Source: Trueperaceae bacterium (GTDB taxonomy: Bacteria > Deinococcota > Deinococci > Deinococcales > Trueperaceae). Taken from it: 64,000 nt of DNA. Numbering within the stretch: the first letter of the stretch is position 1; the number at the start of each line of letters is the position of its first letter. The stretch spans positions 2,976,001 to 3,040,000 of the forward strand of contig OZ243927.1 in assembly GCA_965213925.1 (NCBI GenBank). Direction: 5' to 3'. The translations under genes and the position numbers were made by a program. Shown piece after piece: positions 20,864 through 29,856 of the stretch. The notes below the pieces were generated by a model, which saw only the letters and a list, made by a program, of their open reading frames with translations, was not told the DNA's origin and searched no databases.

Positions 20864-21658
20864 TTGATTGCTACTGAACCCAAGAAAGACGTTCAAACCG
20901 TCATCAGTATCCGCGACCTCAACATGGTTTATACGGGGCGCGGTACGGAAACCGTCGCGCTCAAAAAGGCCAACCTAGAAATTAGAGAGGGCGAATTCAT
21001 CTCGCTCATCGGTCCGTCGGGCTGCGGCAAAACAACCCTTCTGCGCCTTATCGCCGACCTCATCCAGCCGACCTCGGGCGAAATTACGGTGACGGGCAAG
21101 ACGCCCCAGGAAGCGAGAGAACGCCGCGAATACGGTTACGTCTTCCAGGCTCCGGTGCTATACGATTGGCGGACCGTGCTCAAAAACGTGACGCTACCCT
21201 TAGAGATTATGAATTTCTCTAAAGCAGAGCGTAAGGAGCGGGCGGCAGAGTTACTCGAGATGGTCGGCTTGCGAGACTTCCACCATCAATATCCCTGGCA
21301 GCTTTCGGGTGGAATGCAGCAGCGCGTTTCGATTGCAAGGGCGCTCGCCTTTGACCCCAAACTCCTCTTGATGGACGAACCTTTCGGCGCACTGGACGAA
21401 ATCACCAGAGAGCAGATGAATCACGAACTCTTGACGATCTGGCAGGAAACGAAAAAGACCGTCGTCTTCGTCACCCACTCCATCGCCGAAGCCGTCTTCC
21501 TCTCCTCACGCATCATCGTGATGACGCCGCGCCCCGGCAAAATCGAGCAGGTGATCCCGGTGGACTTGCCTTATCCGAGAGATAACGATACAAGAGAATC
21601 GAAGGAATTTTTCGACTTAGCAACCGAAGTGCGTGAGTCTTTGAGAGGGGTTCACTGA
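20864..21658 (+). CDS. ABC ATP-binding protein (TauB/SsuB-type), probable pyrimidine importer
   Basis: GPSGCGKT, LSGGMQQR, DEPFGALD. Confidence 0.93.
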   Translation: MIATEPKKDVQTVISIRDLNMVYTGRGTETVALKKANLEIREGEFISLIGPSGCGKTTLLRLIADLIQPTSGEITVTGKTPQEARERREYGYVFQAPVLYDWRTVLKNVTLPLEIMNFSKAERKERAAELLEMVGLRDFHHQYPWQLSGGMQQRVSIARALAFDPKLLLMDEPFGALDEITREQMNHELLTIWQETKKTVVFVTHSIAEAVFLSSRIIVMTPRPGKIEQVIPVDLPYPRDNDTRESKEFFDLATEVRESLRGVH

Positions 21659-23049
21659 TGAGGACTGAGGAAAAAGGACTGAGGACTGAGAGAAAAGAGA
21701 AAAACTCAGCACTCAGTCCTCAGTCCTTTTCTCTTCTCAAGTTTTTACCCTCATTCAAAAGCTATCTCCCGGTGTTCGCAGTGCTGACCCTGCTCATCCT
21801 CTTAGGCTATCCCCTCGCCCTCGTGTTCGGGCTACCTCTCGCCTACCGCGACATGCAAGACATCAGGAAGTGGGAAAAAGAGATCGTCACCGAGCGTCAA
21901 CCGCTTCAGGGAGAGGTCAATGGTGAAAATCGCACCTTCACCTTCCCTGCAAACAACCTTGTGGAAAACGACAGCGGGCGGACGCTTTTAGTGAACGACA
22001 CGCCGCTCACCTATGACGCCGAACGACCTGAAGAACGGGTAGATGGAGAAACGCGAACCTTTACCTTTGAGAGTCAGTCGGGACTGGTGACGTTGGATAG
22101 GCGGTTTTTGGAAGAGGGGGAGAACTTCTCCAGAAATGCCAACATCCTCACCTTTTCACGCCCACCGCCGCGCAACGCGCAGCTCAGGCAGTATCCAGAT
22201 TACGCGGTGACGAATCCAGCACAGGGAGAGGTCACGCTGGCGGAGGCTCCACCTGTAGGCTCGAGCCTCGCCACCGACCAATACACCTTTTACGCGAGAC
22301 CGAGCTGCGGGGCGAACGTGCTCGAGTGCTTTTTCGCCTTGCCACAGCACCCCGTCCCCTTTCCCCACTGGATTGCGGCGGGCGTCGCGCCCTTCTTTAG
22401 CAAGTATCCCTTTACGGACGAGCGCAACGTGGTGAGAGCGACGCTTTATACGGCGCTTGGAACGTCGGCGGCGTTGGCGTTGGGGGGAGCGGTGGGGATT
22501 ATCTTGGCGGTGCTCTTTGTACTTTTGAGACCGCTCGAGCGTGCCCTCTTGCCCTGGGTCATCGCCTCGCAGACCGTCCCCATCATCGCGCTCGTGCCCG
22601 TGCTGCTCCTCGTGTTGGGTAACTTCGGCATCACCATTCAGACGAGTATTTTGCCCACTGCGATTATCGGCGCGTACATCGCGTTCTTTCCTGTTGTCGT
22701 CGGCACTGTAAAAGGTCTGCGCTCGGTGGACCCGCTCGCCCTAGACCTCATGCGCTCGTACGCTGCCTCACCGCGTCAAGTTTTTACGAAGGTACGTTTT
22801 CCAGCTGCCGTACCCTTCTTCTTTACCTCTCTCAAACTGGGAACCGCCGCCGCCTTGGTCGGCGCACTCGTCGCGGAAACCGAATCGAACAATCGGCGCG
22901 GGCTGGGCTTTCAGATTTTGGGTCAAGTGCAGTCGGGTAACGTCGCGGATGTGTGGATTTTGCTGCTCATCTCGGCGCTTCTGGGCGTCGGCTTAGTGGC
23001 ACTCGTTGGCTTGATGCAGCGTTTGATTGCACCTTGGGAGCGGACGTGA
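21658..23049 (+). CDS. ABC permease with repeat-derived N-terminus and inserted beta-rich extracytoplasmic domain
   Basis: C-terminal TauC/SsuC-like permease (QTVPIIAL, FFPVV, GL.SVD); TGATG coupling to the ATPase gene. Confidence 0.85.
   Translation: MRTEEKGLRTERKEKNSALSPQSFSLLKFLPSFKSYLPVFAVLTLLILLGYPLALVFGLPLAYRDMQDIRKWEKEIVTERQPLQGEVNGENRTFTFPANNLVENDSGRTLLVNDTPLTYDAERPEERVDGETRTFTFESQSGLVTLDRRFLEEGENFSRNANILTFSRPPPRNAQLRQYPDYAVTNPAQGEVTLAEAPPVGSSLATDQYTFYARPSCGANVLECFFALPQHPVPFPHWIAAGVAPFFSKYPFTDERNVVRATLYTALGTSAALALGGAVGIILAVLFVLLRPLERALLPWVIASQTVPIIALVPVLLLVLGNFGITIQTSILPTAIIGAYIAFFPVVVGTVKGLRSVDPLALDLMRSYAASPRQVFTKVRFPAAVPFFFTSLKLGTAAALVGALVAETESNNRRGLGFQILGQVQSGNVADVWILLLISALLGVGLVALVGLMQRLIAPWERT
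21659..21740. repeat. Gene-less copy of the heptamer hairpin, in frame within the permease
   Basis: GACTGAG GAAAAAG GACTGAG GACTGAG AGAAAAG AGAAAAA CTCAGCA CTCAGTC CTCAGTC CTTTTCT CTTCTCA; near-identical to 18681-18749. Confidence 0.9.
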
Positions 23050-24155
23050 CCTCTTCCGTAAAGCCGATTTGGACGGCGCTCGCCGCGTCTCTCATTGCAC
23101 CGGTTGGGCTCTTCGGACCTCTTAGCAGTGGCGTGGGTGCATTCAGCGTCACGCTACTCGTTCTCGGACTTCTCTCGCTCATCGGCGCAACAGTCGGACG
23201 CTTCTGGTTTGCAGTTGCGCTCGTTCCTGTCGGGCTTCTTGGTGCATTTGCAACGGTTCTGTCGCTGATGAACACAAATGGTGAAGGAGCATGGGGTTTC
23301 TGGTCACTCCTTTGGGGCTTTCTCTTCATCTCTATATTCGCGGTTGGACGAGTGAGTACAGACGAGACGACCTCTTCCCTCGAGACCCGCTTAAAGATAC
23401 TTTTACCCTCCGCCTCCGTCCCCTTCCTATTCCTCCTCATCTGGCAAGGTCTCGTTGTCGGCTACGGCGTGCCGAAAGGGATTTTCCCGAGTGTCGTGGA
23501 CGTGTGGCGCTCGCTCACAGCTTCGTTCAGCGTGCTCCTTTCAGACGCTTACGTCACCTTCATCAAAGAGGTCTTGCTCGGCTTCGCGGTTGGGCTGACG
23601 ATGGGCTTTTTGGCGGGCGTCGGCATCGCCTTTAGCACCTTTTTGCGGCGCGGCTTTTTACCTCTCGCTGCCGCCTTCGGTGCGGTACCCATCGTCGGAC
23701 TTGCGCCTGTGTTGGGGCGAGCCTTTGGCGTGGATTGGGAATCGAAAGCGGCGGTTGTGGTCATCGTGACCTTCTTTCCGGTGGTGCTCAACACGGTGCA
23801 GGGGCTCGTGTCGGTGGACGCGCTCAAACTCGAGCTGCTCCGCGCCTACGCCGCCACCCCCCGAGAAGTGTTTTTCAAACTCCGCTTGCCGAATGCTCTC
23901 CCCTACCTCTTCAACGCCCTCAAACTCGCCGCCGTTTTAGCCGTCATCAGCGTCATCGTCGCGGAGTTCTTGATTCCAGGTCCGCCCGAAGGATTGGGGC
24001 AGCGGATTTCTCTCTCAGCACGGCGCGGGGCATATGACGTGGTGTTTGCGGCGATTTTTGTCTCGAGCGTCATCTCTATCGCCATCTACGGGGCGCTCGC
24101 CTGGTTGGAGCGGCGCTTGACTGGGTGGCATTCGTCGTTTAGGGAAGGAAGGTAG
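23046..24155 (+). CDS. ABC permease (TauC/SsuC-type)
   Basis: GTGA overlap with the previous stop; FFPVVLNT..GL, KLRLPNALP. Confidence 0.9.
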   Translation: MTSSVKPIWTALAASLIAPVGLFGPLSSGVGAFSVTLLVLGLLSLIGATVGRFWFAVALVPVGLLGAFATVLSLMNTNGEGAWGFWSLLWGFLFISIFAVGRVSTDETTSSLETRLKILLPSASVPFLFLLIWQGLVVGYGVPKGIFPSVVDVWRSLTASFSVLLSDAYVTFIKEVLLGFAVGLTMGFLAGVGIAFSTFLRRGFLPLAAAFGAVPIVGLAPVLGRAFGVDWESKAAVVVIVTFFPVVLNTVQGLVSVDALKLELLRAYAATPREVFFKLRLPNALPYLFNALKLAAVLAVISVIVAEFLIPGPPEGLGQRISLSARRGAYDVVFAAIFVSSVISIAIYGALAWLERRLTGWHSSFREGR

Positions 24156-24197
24156 AAGTCAGGATGAAGAGTTGAGAAGTCAGCAGTCAGAAGTCAG
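24154..24197 (+). repeat. Heptamer array
   Basis: AGAAGTC AGGATGA AGAGTTG AGAAGTC AGCAGTC AGAAGTC, starting at the permease stop codon. Confidence 0.8.
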
Positions 24198-24258
24198 TGG
24201 AAAGCGCCAAACCTCTTTCGCCCATCTCTCGTTCGCGTCATCTCATAGGAGGAAAACC

Positions 24259-25308
24259 ATGAAAAAAAACTTACTCACTCTCGCCGCGCTTCTCTTTTCT
24301 ATCACGTTCGCCCAAGACCTCATCCCCGTGACCTTTCAGTCGAAGTGGTTTCCGCAGGCGCAGTTTGCGGGGTACTTCGTGGCGATTGACCAGGGGTTTT
24401 ATGAGGAAGAAGGCTTAGAGGTCACGGTCTTGGACGGCGGCAACGTCAACCCGACGGTGCAGGTCGCCTCGGGTAACGCTGACTTCGGGACGGACTGGAT
24501 TGCCAATATGTTGGTGCAGCGCGAGCAGGGGCTCGAGGTGGTGCAAATCGCGCAGATTTACCAGGACTCGGGCTACCGGATGGTGTCGCTGCAAGACTCG
24601 GGCATCGAGACTTTTGCTGACTTAGCCGGGCGGCGCGTGGGCGTGTGGGGCTTCGGCAACGAGTTCGTCGCGCAGGCTGTGTTCGACGTGGAGGGCTTAA
24701 CTTCCGACCTCGACCCGACGACGAGCAACCCCGATGTGAACGCGGTCGTGTACGCCTTTGACCCCGCGCTCGTCTTTCCGAATGAGGTGGACGTCGCCTC
24801 GGTCATGACCTATAACGAACTCGATCAGATTGTCGGACTTGGGTACGAATTGGACAACCTGAACATCTTAGACCCCTCAGAAATCGACGCGGAACTCCTA
24901 GAAGACCTCATCTTTACGACGCCGGAGTTATTGGAGAGCGAAGACTTCAAAGGCTCGGGCGTCTCCGGGCAAGAGGTCGCGGAGCGCTTTTTGCGGGCGA
25001 CGATTCGCGGCTGGGAGGTCGCGGTGGAGAACCCGGCGGAAGCCGTCGAAATCGTGCTCGGCTATTGCGGCGATACCTGTGCGGGGTCGGGGAGCACCTC
25101 GAGCCCCGAAATCCACCAGTCCTGGCAGATGGACCGCGTCGCCGAACTCGTCAGACCGAGTGAGGATACGGAAATCGGTGCGCTCAGCGAAGAGGCGTTC
25201 AATAAGTCGGTTGAGTTGCTCGTGCAAGTCGGGCTGATTAACGAGGCGCTCTCTTATGGAGAGATCGTGAACTCGAGCGTCTACGAAGCGGTGAGCGGCG
25301 CGGAATAG
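24259..25308 (+). CDS. ABC substrate-binding protein, NMT1/THI5-like
   Basis: AGGAGG RBS; signal peptide; KWFPQAQFAGYFVA...GFY.EEGL. Confidence 0.9.
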   Translation: MKKNLLTLAALLFSITFAQDLIPVTFQSKWFPQAQFAGYFVAIDQGFYEEEGLEVTVLDGGNVNPTVQVASGNADFGTDWIANMLVQREQGLEVVQIAQIYQDSGYRMVSLQDSGIETFADLAGRRVGVWGFGNEFVAQAVFDVEGLTSDLDPTTSNPDVNAVVYAFDPALVFPNEVDVASVMTYNELDQIVGLGYELDNLNILDPSEIDAELLEDLIFTTPELLESEDFKGSGVSGQEVAERFLRATIRGWEVAVENPAEAVEIVLGYCGDTCAGSGSTSSPEIHQSWQMDRVAELVRPSEDTEIGALSEEAFNKSVELLVQVGLINEALSYGEIVNSSVYEAVSGAE

Positions 25309-25323
25309 GCAACGCTGACACGA

Positions 25324-25355
25324 AAGGCGTACACTGGTTGTGCGCCTTATTTTAT
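25324..25355 (+). terminator. Rho-independent terminator
   Basis: AAGGCGTACA/TGTGCGCCTT stem plus T-rich tail. Confidence 0.6.
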
Positions 25356-25491
25356 CTCGCGTCACGGGTTTCATCTGATTGAAATGTATAGAACGGTCCA
25401 CTGACCGAAACAAATAGCGCTTAGCCGAACGGTAAGACATTCGCACAGCTCGAGTATAACGCTCAAAATCATCATATTAGAGGAGGCTTTT

Positions 25492-26802
25492 ATGATTTCC
25501 ACTAAGAACCGCACCGACGAACTCCTAGACCGCCAAAAGGAGTACCTCTTCCCCATCCAGAGCAAGATGCTTCTCTACGGCGATGAGCCTTTAGCCGTCT
25601 CCCACGCCAAAGACCAGTTCGTCTGGGACGTGGAGGGCAATAAATATTTAGACTTCTTCGGCGGTATCCTCACCGTGTCAGTAGGTCACGCTAACGAAGA
25701 GGTCACAGCGGCGGTTATCGAGCAGCTTCTCCGCGTGCAGCACACCTCGACGCTCTACATCAACGAAATTACGATTAAAGTCGCAGAAAAAATTGCGAAG
25801 TTGACACCGGGACGCTTGCAGCACTGCTTTTTTACGAGCAGCGGCACAGAGGCCGACGAAACTGCGATTCTCGCCGCGCGGATGTACACGGGCAACACCG
25901 ACATCATCGCGCTTCGTCACGCTTACTCGGGCCGCTCGGTCAGCATGATGAGCATGACCGCGCACGGCACGTGGCGTTTGGGCGGCGTGTTCGACGGGGC
26001 GATTAAGCACGTCCGCAACCCCTACACCTACCGGATGCCTGCGGGGATGAACGAGGAGCAGTTTTTAGACTTCTTGGTGGACGACCTTAAAGAGATGATC
26101 GCGACCTGCACGAACGGCAGAATCGCCGCGTTCATGGCGGAGCCGATTCAAGGGGTGGGCGGCTTTGTGGTTGCGCCGCAGGACTATTTTCAGCGCATCT
26201 TGCCCGTTGTAAGAGAGGCGGGCGGACTGCTGATTATCGATGAGGTTCAAACGGGCTGGGGGCGTACGGGTGGGCACATGTGCGGCATCGAGCATTGGGG
26301 CGTGGAGCCTGACATCATGACCTTTGCCAAAGGAATCGCCAACGGTGCGCCCGTGGGCTGCACCATCGCGACGCCCGAAGTGGCAGAGGCGGTGAACGGG
26401 CTCACACTGGCAACCTTTGGCGGCAACCCGGTGGCGATGGCGCAGGCGTACGCGACGATTGAATACATCGAGGAGAACAAGCTCTGGGAGAACGCCGAAA
26501 AGCAAGGCGCAAAGCTGCGTGAGCGCATGGAAGAGATGCGGACCCGTTACCCCTTCTTAGGCGATGTGCGCGGGATGGGGCTGATGCAAGCCTTTGAGAT
26601 CGTGCAGCCAGACGGGAGCAAAGAGCCCGACAGTGCGCGGACGGCGGCATTTGTCAATACAGCGCGGAAGCAGGGACTCCTCATTGGCAAAGGCGGACTC
26701 TACAGCAATGTAGTTCGGATTGCGCCGCATCTGAATGTTTCGGATGAAGACACGGACAAGGGTTGTGAGCTGATGGAGGCGGCGCTTGAAGAAGTAGCGT
26801 GA
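25492..26802 (+). CDS. Class III aminotransferase, probable beta-alanine transaminase
   Basis: YLDFFGG, SGTEA, EPIQG.GG, DEVQTGWGRTG, AKG; follows the pyrimidine operon. Confidence 0.85.
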   Translation: MISTKNRTDELLDRQKEYLFPIQSKMLLYGDEPLAVSHAKDQFVWDVEGNKYLDFFGGILTVSVGHANEEVTAAVIEQLLRVQHTSTLYINEITIKVAEKIAKLTPGRLQHCFFTSSGTEADETAILAARMYTGNTDIIALRHAYSGRSVSMMSMTAHGTWRLGGVFDGAIKHVRNPYTYRMPAGMNEEQFLDFLVDDLKEMIATCTNGRIAAFMAEPIQGVGGFVVAPQDYFQRILPVVREAGGLLIIDEVQTGWGRTGGHMCGIEHWGVEPDIMTFAKGIANGAPVGCTIATPEVAEAVNGLTLATFGGNPVAMAQAYATIEYIEENKLWENAEKQGAKLRERMEEMRTRYPFLGDVRGMGLMQAFEIVQPDGSKEPDSARTAAFVNTARKQGLLIGKGGLYSNVVRIAPHLNVSDEDTDKGCELMEAALEEVA

Positions 26803-26877
26803 GGTGTAGGGCTTGGGCGAGGCTCGAGCCCTCTTCCCGAACATCTCAACGTCATCTTCGCTTGACTAAAGACGACG

Positions 26878-27360
26878 TCAGGTAAGCTCGAGCTGTGACC
26901 GAAGGAAATCCTTTAGGGCACCCGAACCGCCCTTTCAATCTGCCCTAAATCATCTCTATTCAAAACGCCGACTTGTCCTGACAAGCGCTCTTTGCTGACC
27001 GTCGTAAGCTGGTCTGCCACCGCCTTACGCTGCTCGCCGCCTAGCGTCACATAAGCCTCACTCGGGTAAAGGCGGGCGACGTTACTCGTGAGCGGTACAA
27101 CCTGGATGCGGTTGAGATGCTTGTCATACCCTTTCCGGTTAAATACGCTACAAAGTAGCGTATTTAATCCCGAGCGGATGCGAGTAGAAAAAATACGGAT
27201 TCCGATGAGCACGGAAGAAACTCCGAAGGAGTTTATGGAGTAATCAATCGGAATCCGTATTAGAAGCGTCGTTGCTAATGATGACAGCAGGACGCACTTT
27301 GCGGATTTCACCGCCGACAGAAGGGCTGAAGTTGACCCACCACACCTCGCCCCGTTTCAC
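26878..27360 (-). pseudogene. mazF: PemK/MazF toxin disrupted by two insertions
   Basis: MKRGEVWWVNF..GGEIRKVRPAVIISNDASN and KHLNRIQVVPLTS lie in different frames across a 136-nt insert; the QLELT* end is displaced by a 23-nt insert. Confidence 0.88.
27127..27259 (-). mobile_element. 133-bp MITE-like structured repeat, copy 1
   Basis: Ends TACGGATTCCG..CCGGAAAGGGTA, flanked by TCA/TTA; homologous to 42856-42988. Confidence 0.85.
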
Positions 27361-27584
27361 CTGTTTTCGTCAATTTCTAGGAGCGTTCCTTCAGACCACT
27401 CTAGCGCTTCCGCCTCACGCACCTCATCCTCAGCCATCTGCTTATAAGCCGCGTCCAAATCGTCAGGAAGGACGTGAGGACGTACTAAAGACTCTATAAA
27501 CTGGCTTATCTTGCCCTGACCGATCTGAGCGTAAAGACCTTCGTAAACCTGTTCGTCAATCGTAATAGTGAGCTTTTTTTGCAT
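27357..27584 (-). CDS. Type II antitoxin
   Basis: MQKKLTITIDEQVY N-terminus, acidic C-terminus AY..MA.DE.RE.EA.EW; GTGA overlap with the toxin. Confidence 0.85.
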   Translation of the reverse strand: MQKKLTITIDEQVYEGLYAQIGQGKISQFIESLVRPHVLPDDLDAAYKQMAEDEVREAEALEWSEGTLLEIDENR

Positions 27585-27659
27585 ACACGTATTGTACACG
27601 TATTAGAGATAGCAGGTTTCACCAAACAGGAACCCTGAGCAAGTTCTATACTGATTGAG

Positions 27660-29138
27660 ATGACCTATTTTCAGTTTCACTTTATCTTCACTCTGCCGCC
27701 GGTCCTCATATTAGGGCTCATCTCTTGGCTCGAGGCTCGCCGCCGCCCTTTGAGTGGCAGCTTAGGTAGACAGACCCCGTTCGCGTTTTGGGCGCTCCTC
27801 TTGCACGTTTTGATCGCCTTCGCCTACACGACGCCGTGGGACAACTATCTGGTCGCGCAAGAGGTCTGGGGCTACGGGGCGGAGCGCGTGTGGGCGACGG
27901 TCGGCTATGTGCCGGTCGAAGAGTACCTCTTCTTCATCTTGCAAACGCTTCTAACCGGGATGTTTCTCTTCTTTTTGGCACGGCGTTTCGGCGCTCAGAA
28001 GCGGGAGCTTTCGCCGGACTCGAGGCTGCGCATCCGCGTCTACGGCGCGCTCTTCTGGCTCGTTGTCGGGGCGGCGGGCGTACTGGCGCTCACCGCGCCC
28101 AAGGGGACCTATTTCGGGCTCATCGCGGTGTGGGCAGCTCCCGTGCTCGCGCTGCAGTGGGGCTTCGGCGGCGACTTGTTGGTGCGGCGCTGGCGGCTTT
28201 TACTTCCGGCGGTTGCCGTACCGACGCTCTATCTCTGGGCCGCGGACCGCTTGGCGATTGGAGACGGGATTTGGTGGATCAGTGAGCGGCTCTCGAGCGG
28301 CCTCGTCCCCTTAGGGTTACCCGTCGAAGAGGCGTTTTTCTTTTTGGTGACCAATCTGCTCGTCGTCTTCGGACTGACGCTCGCGTTGGAGCCTGCCTCG
28401 CTCGCACGTTTCGACACCCTGCGCGGCGTGCGCTGGTGGCGCGGGGCGTTGGCGCTGTGGGCGCTCAGCATGGTCCCGACGCCGCTCGTGCCGGGAGCGT
28501 TCGCGCCGCTCGCCTACGTCAGCACGGCGCTTCTAGCCTTGGGGATTTTCGGCTACGCCTTGGAGCGCTACGGTGTGAGGACGTGGCTCCTCTTCGCGGC
28601 GGCGTTTTCGTTCGGCGTGCTGGTCGAGTGGTTAGGTCACACGACGGGGTTTCCCTTCGGTTCCTACGACTACACCGCGCCCGGTCCGAGTCTTTTGGGC
28701 GTTCCGCTGCTCGTGCCGCTCGGCTGGTTCGCCTTTACGCTCATCGCCCTTGCGGTGAGCGGGACGCGCAAACTCTGGGTCGCGCCTCTGGCGCTCGTCG
28801 CGTGGGATTTGGGGCTAGACCCCCTCATGGTGGACAAAGGCTTTTGGACCTTTCAGGCGCAGAGCGTGTACTACGATATCCCGCTCACGAACTTCCTCGG
28901 CTGGTACGCGGCGGGCGTGGTGCTCGTGTGGGTTCTCCTCAAGCTCGAGCCCCGTCTAAAGGGAGAAGCGAGCACAGATTTGCGCCTCATCTTCGCCCTT
29001 CAAGCTTTTTTGATGGCGACGGGGCTCCTCTTTTTCGGTCTCACGCTAGCTGCGTTGGTGACGCTCGCCGCGATGGGCGCGTTTGTTTTCTCGTGGCGAG
29101 GGCGACCGGTCTTGAGCGGCGCGCAGCGCGCGAAATGA
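27660..29138 (+). CDS. Fusion of membrane lycopene cyclase (two CrtYc/d-type repeats) and CruF-like carotenoid 1,2-hydratase
   Basis: TTPWDNYL/PVEEYLFF and GLPVEEAFFF cyclase motifs; C-terminal TGFPFGSY.Y, WDLGLDP, IPLTNFLGW. Confidence 0.82.
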   Translation: MTYFQFHFIFTLPPVLILGLISWLEARRRPLSGSLGRQTPFAFWALLLHVLIAFAYTTPWDNYLVAQEVWGYGAERVWATVGYVPVEEYLFFILQTLLTGMFLFFLARRFGAQKRELSPDSRLRIRVYGALFWLVVGAAGVLALTAPKGTYFGLIAVWAAPVLALQWGFGGDLLVRRWRLLLPAVAVPTLYLWAADRLAIGDGIWWISERLSSGLVPLGLPVEEAFFFLVTNLLVVFGLTLALEPASLARFDTLRGVRWWRGALALWALSMVPTPLVPGAFAPLAYVSTALLALGIFGYALERYGVRTWLLFAAAFSFGVLVEWLGHTTGFPFGSYDYTAPGPSLLGVPLLVPLGWFAFTLIALAVSGTRKLWVAPLALVAWDLGLDPLMVDKGFWTFQAQSVYYDIPLTNFLGWYAAGVVLVWVLLKLEPRLKGEASTDLRLIFALQAFLMATGLLFFGLTLAALVTLAAMGAFVFSWRGRPVLSGAQRAK

Positions 29139-29145
29139 TCAGCGC

Positions 29146-29856
29146 GTGATCCGGTCTGCGCACTTCAAAACCCTCTTCGCTGAGGAGATCGAACGTTGGA
29201 TCGTCCGCGCCATGCCCTTCATCATCCGGCGCTCACTAAGGAGCGGGCTGCACGGCGTCTATACGCGAGGAGACTGGGACGCGCTCCCCCAGCGCGGCTA
29301 CATCGTCGCGGCGAACCATCATTCCTGGTGGGACGGCTACTTGGCGTGGCTCGTGCAGGGGCGCGTGGCGCAACCTCTAGGCGGCATGATGGGCGAGGCG
29401 CAGCTCTCGCGCTTTCGCTTCTTTCGGCGTATGGGCGTGATTTCTCCCAAAGAGGTGCGCCACGCGCTGAGGCGTTTGGCGCAGGGCGAGGTGATGTTCA
29501 TCTTTTGTGAGGGGGCGATTCGCCCGGCAGGTGAGGTGAAAGAGGTCGAGGAAGGCGTGGCGTTTTTAGCCGAGCGAGCGAACGTCCCTATCTACCCACT
29601 CGCGCTGCGAACCGCCGTGCGCGGTTCGCAGCACCCCGAAGCGTTCATGGTGCTAGGCAAGAGGTTAGAGCCGGATACAGACCGCGCCGCGCTGAGCCGA
29701 GAGGTGCGAGCGAGTCTCAACGCGCTTTTAGGAGAGGTCGACCAGATGTTACGGAGCGCCGACCCCGAAGCGCCGCCGCCCGGTTTTGAAGCGTGGCTTA
29801 CGGGTCCGCAGAGCTTTCACGAACGCATGGGGTGGGTGGCGCGGCTTTGGCGCTAG
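29146..29856 (+). CDS. Acyltransferase (PlsC-like, CruD-type carotenoid acyltransferase)
   Basis: NHHSWWDG and F.EG motifs; carotenoid operon context. Confidence 0.82.
   Translation: MIRSAHFKTLFAEEIERWIVRAMPFIIRRSLRSGLHGVYTRGDWDALPQRGYIVAANHHSWWDGYLAWLVQGRVAQPLGGMMGEAQLSRFRFFRRMGVISPKEVRHALRRLAQGEVMFIFCEGAIRPAGEVKEVEEGVAFLAERANVPIYPLALRTAVRGSQHPEAFMVLGKRLEPDTDRAALSREVRASLNALLGEVDQMLRSADPEAPPPGFEAWLTGPQSFHERMGWVARLWR

Noticed and set aside
24262..24269. A8 tract as a phase-variation site
   Set aside because: Ordinary Met-Lys-Lys-Asn signal-peptide start.
26913..27311. 132-aa ORF as an intact protein
   Set aside because: It is a chimera of out-of-frame mazF 5' sequence, the MITE and the toxin C-terminus.
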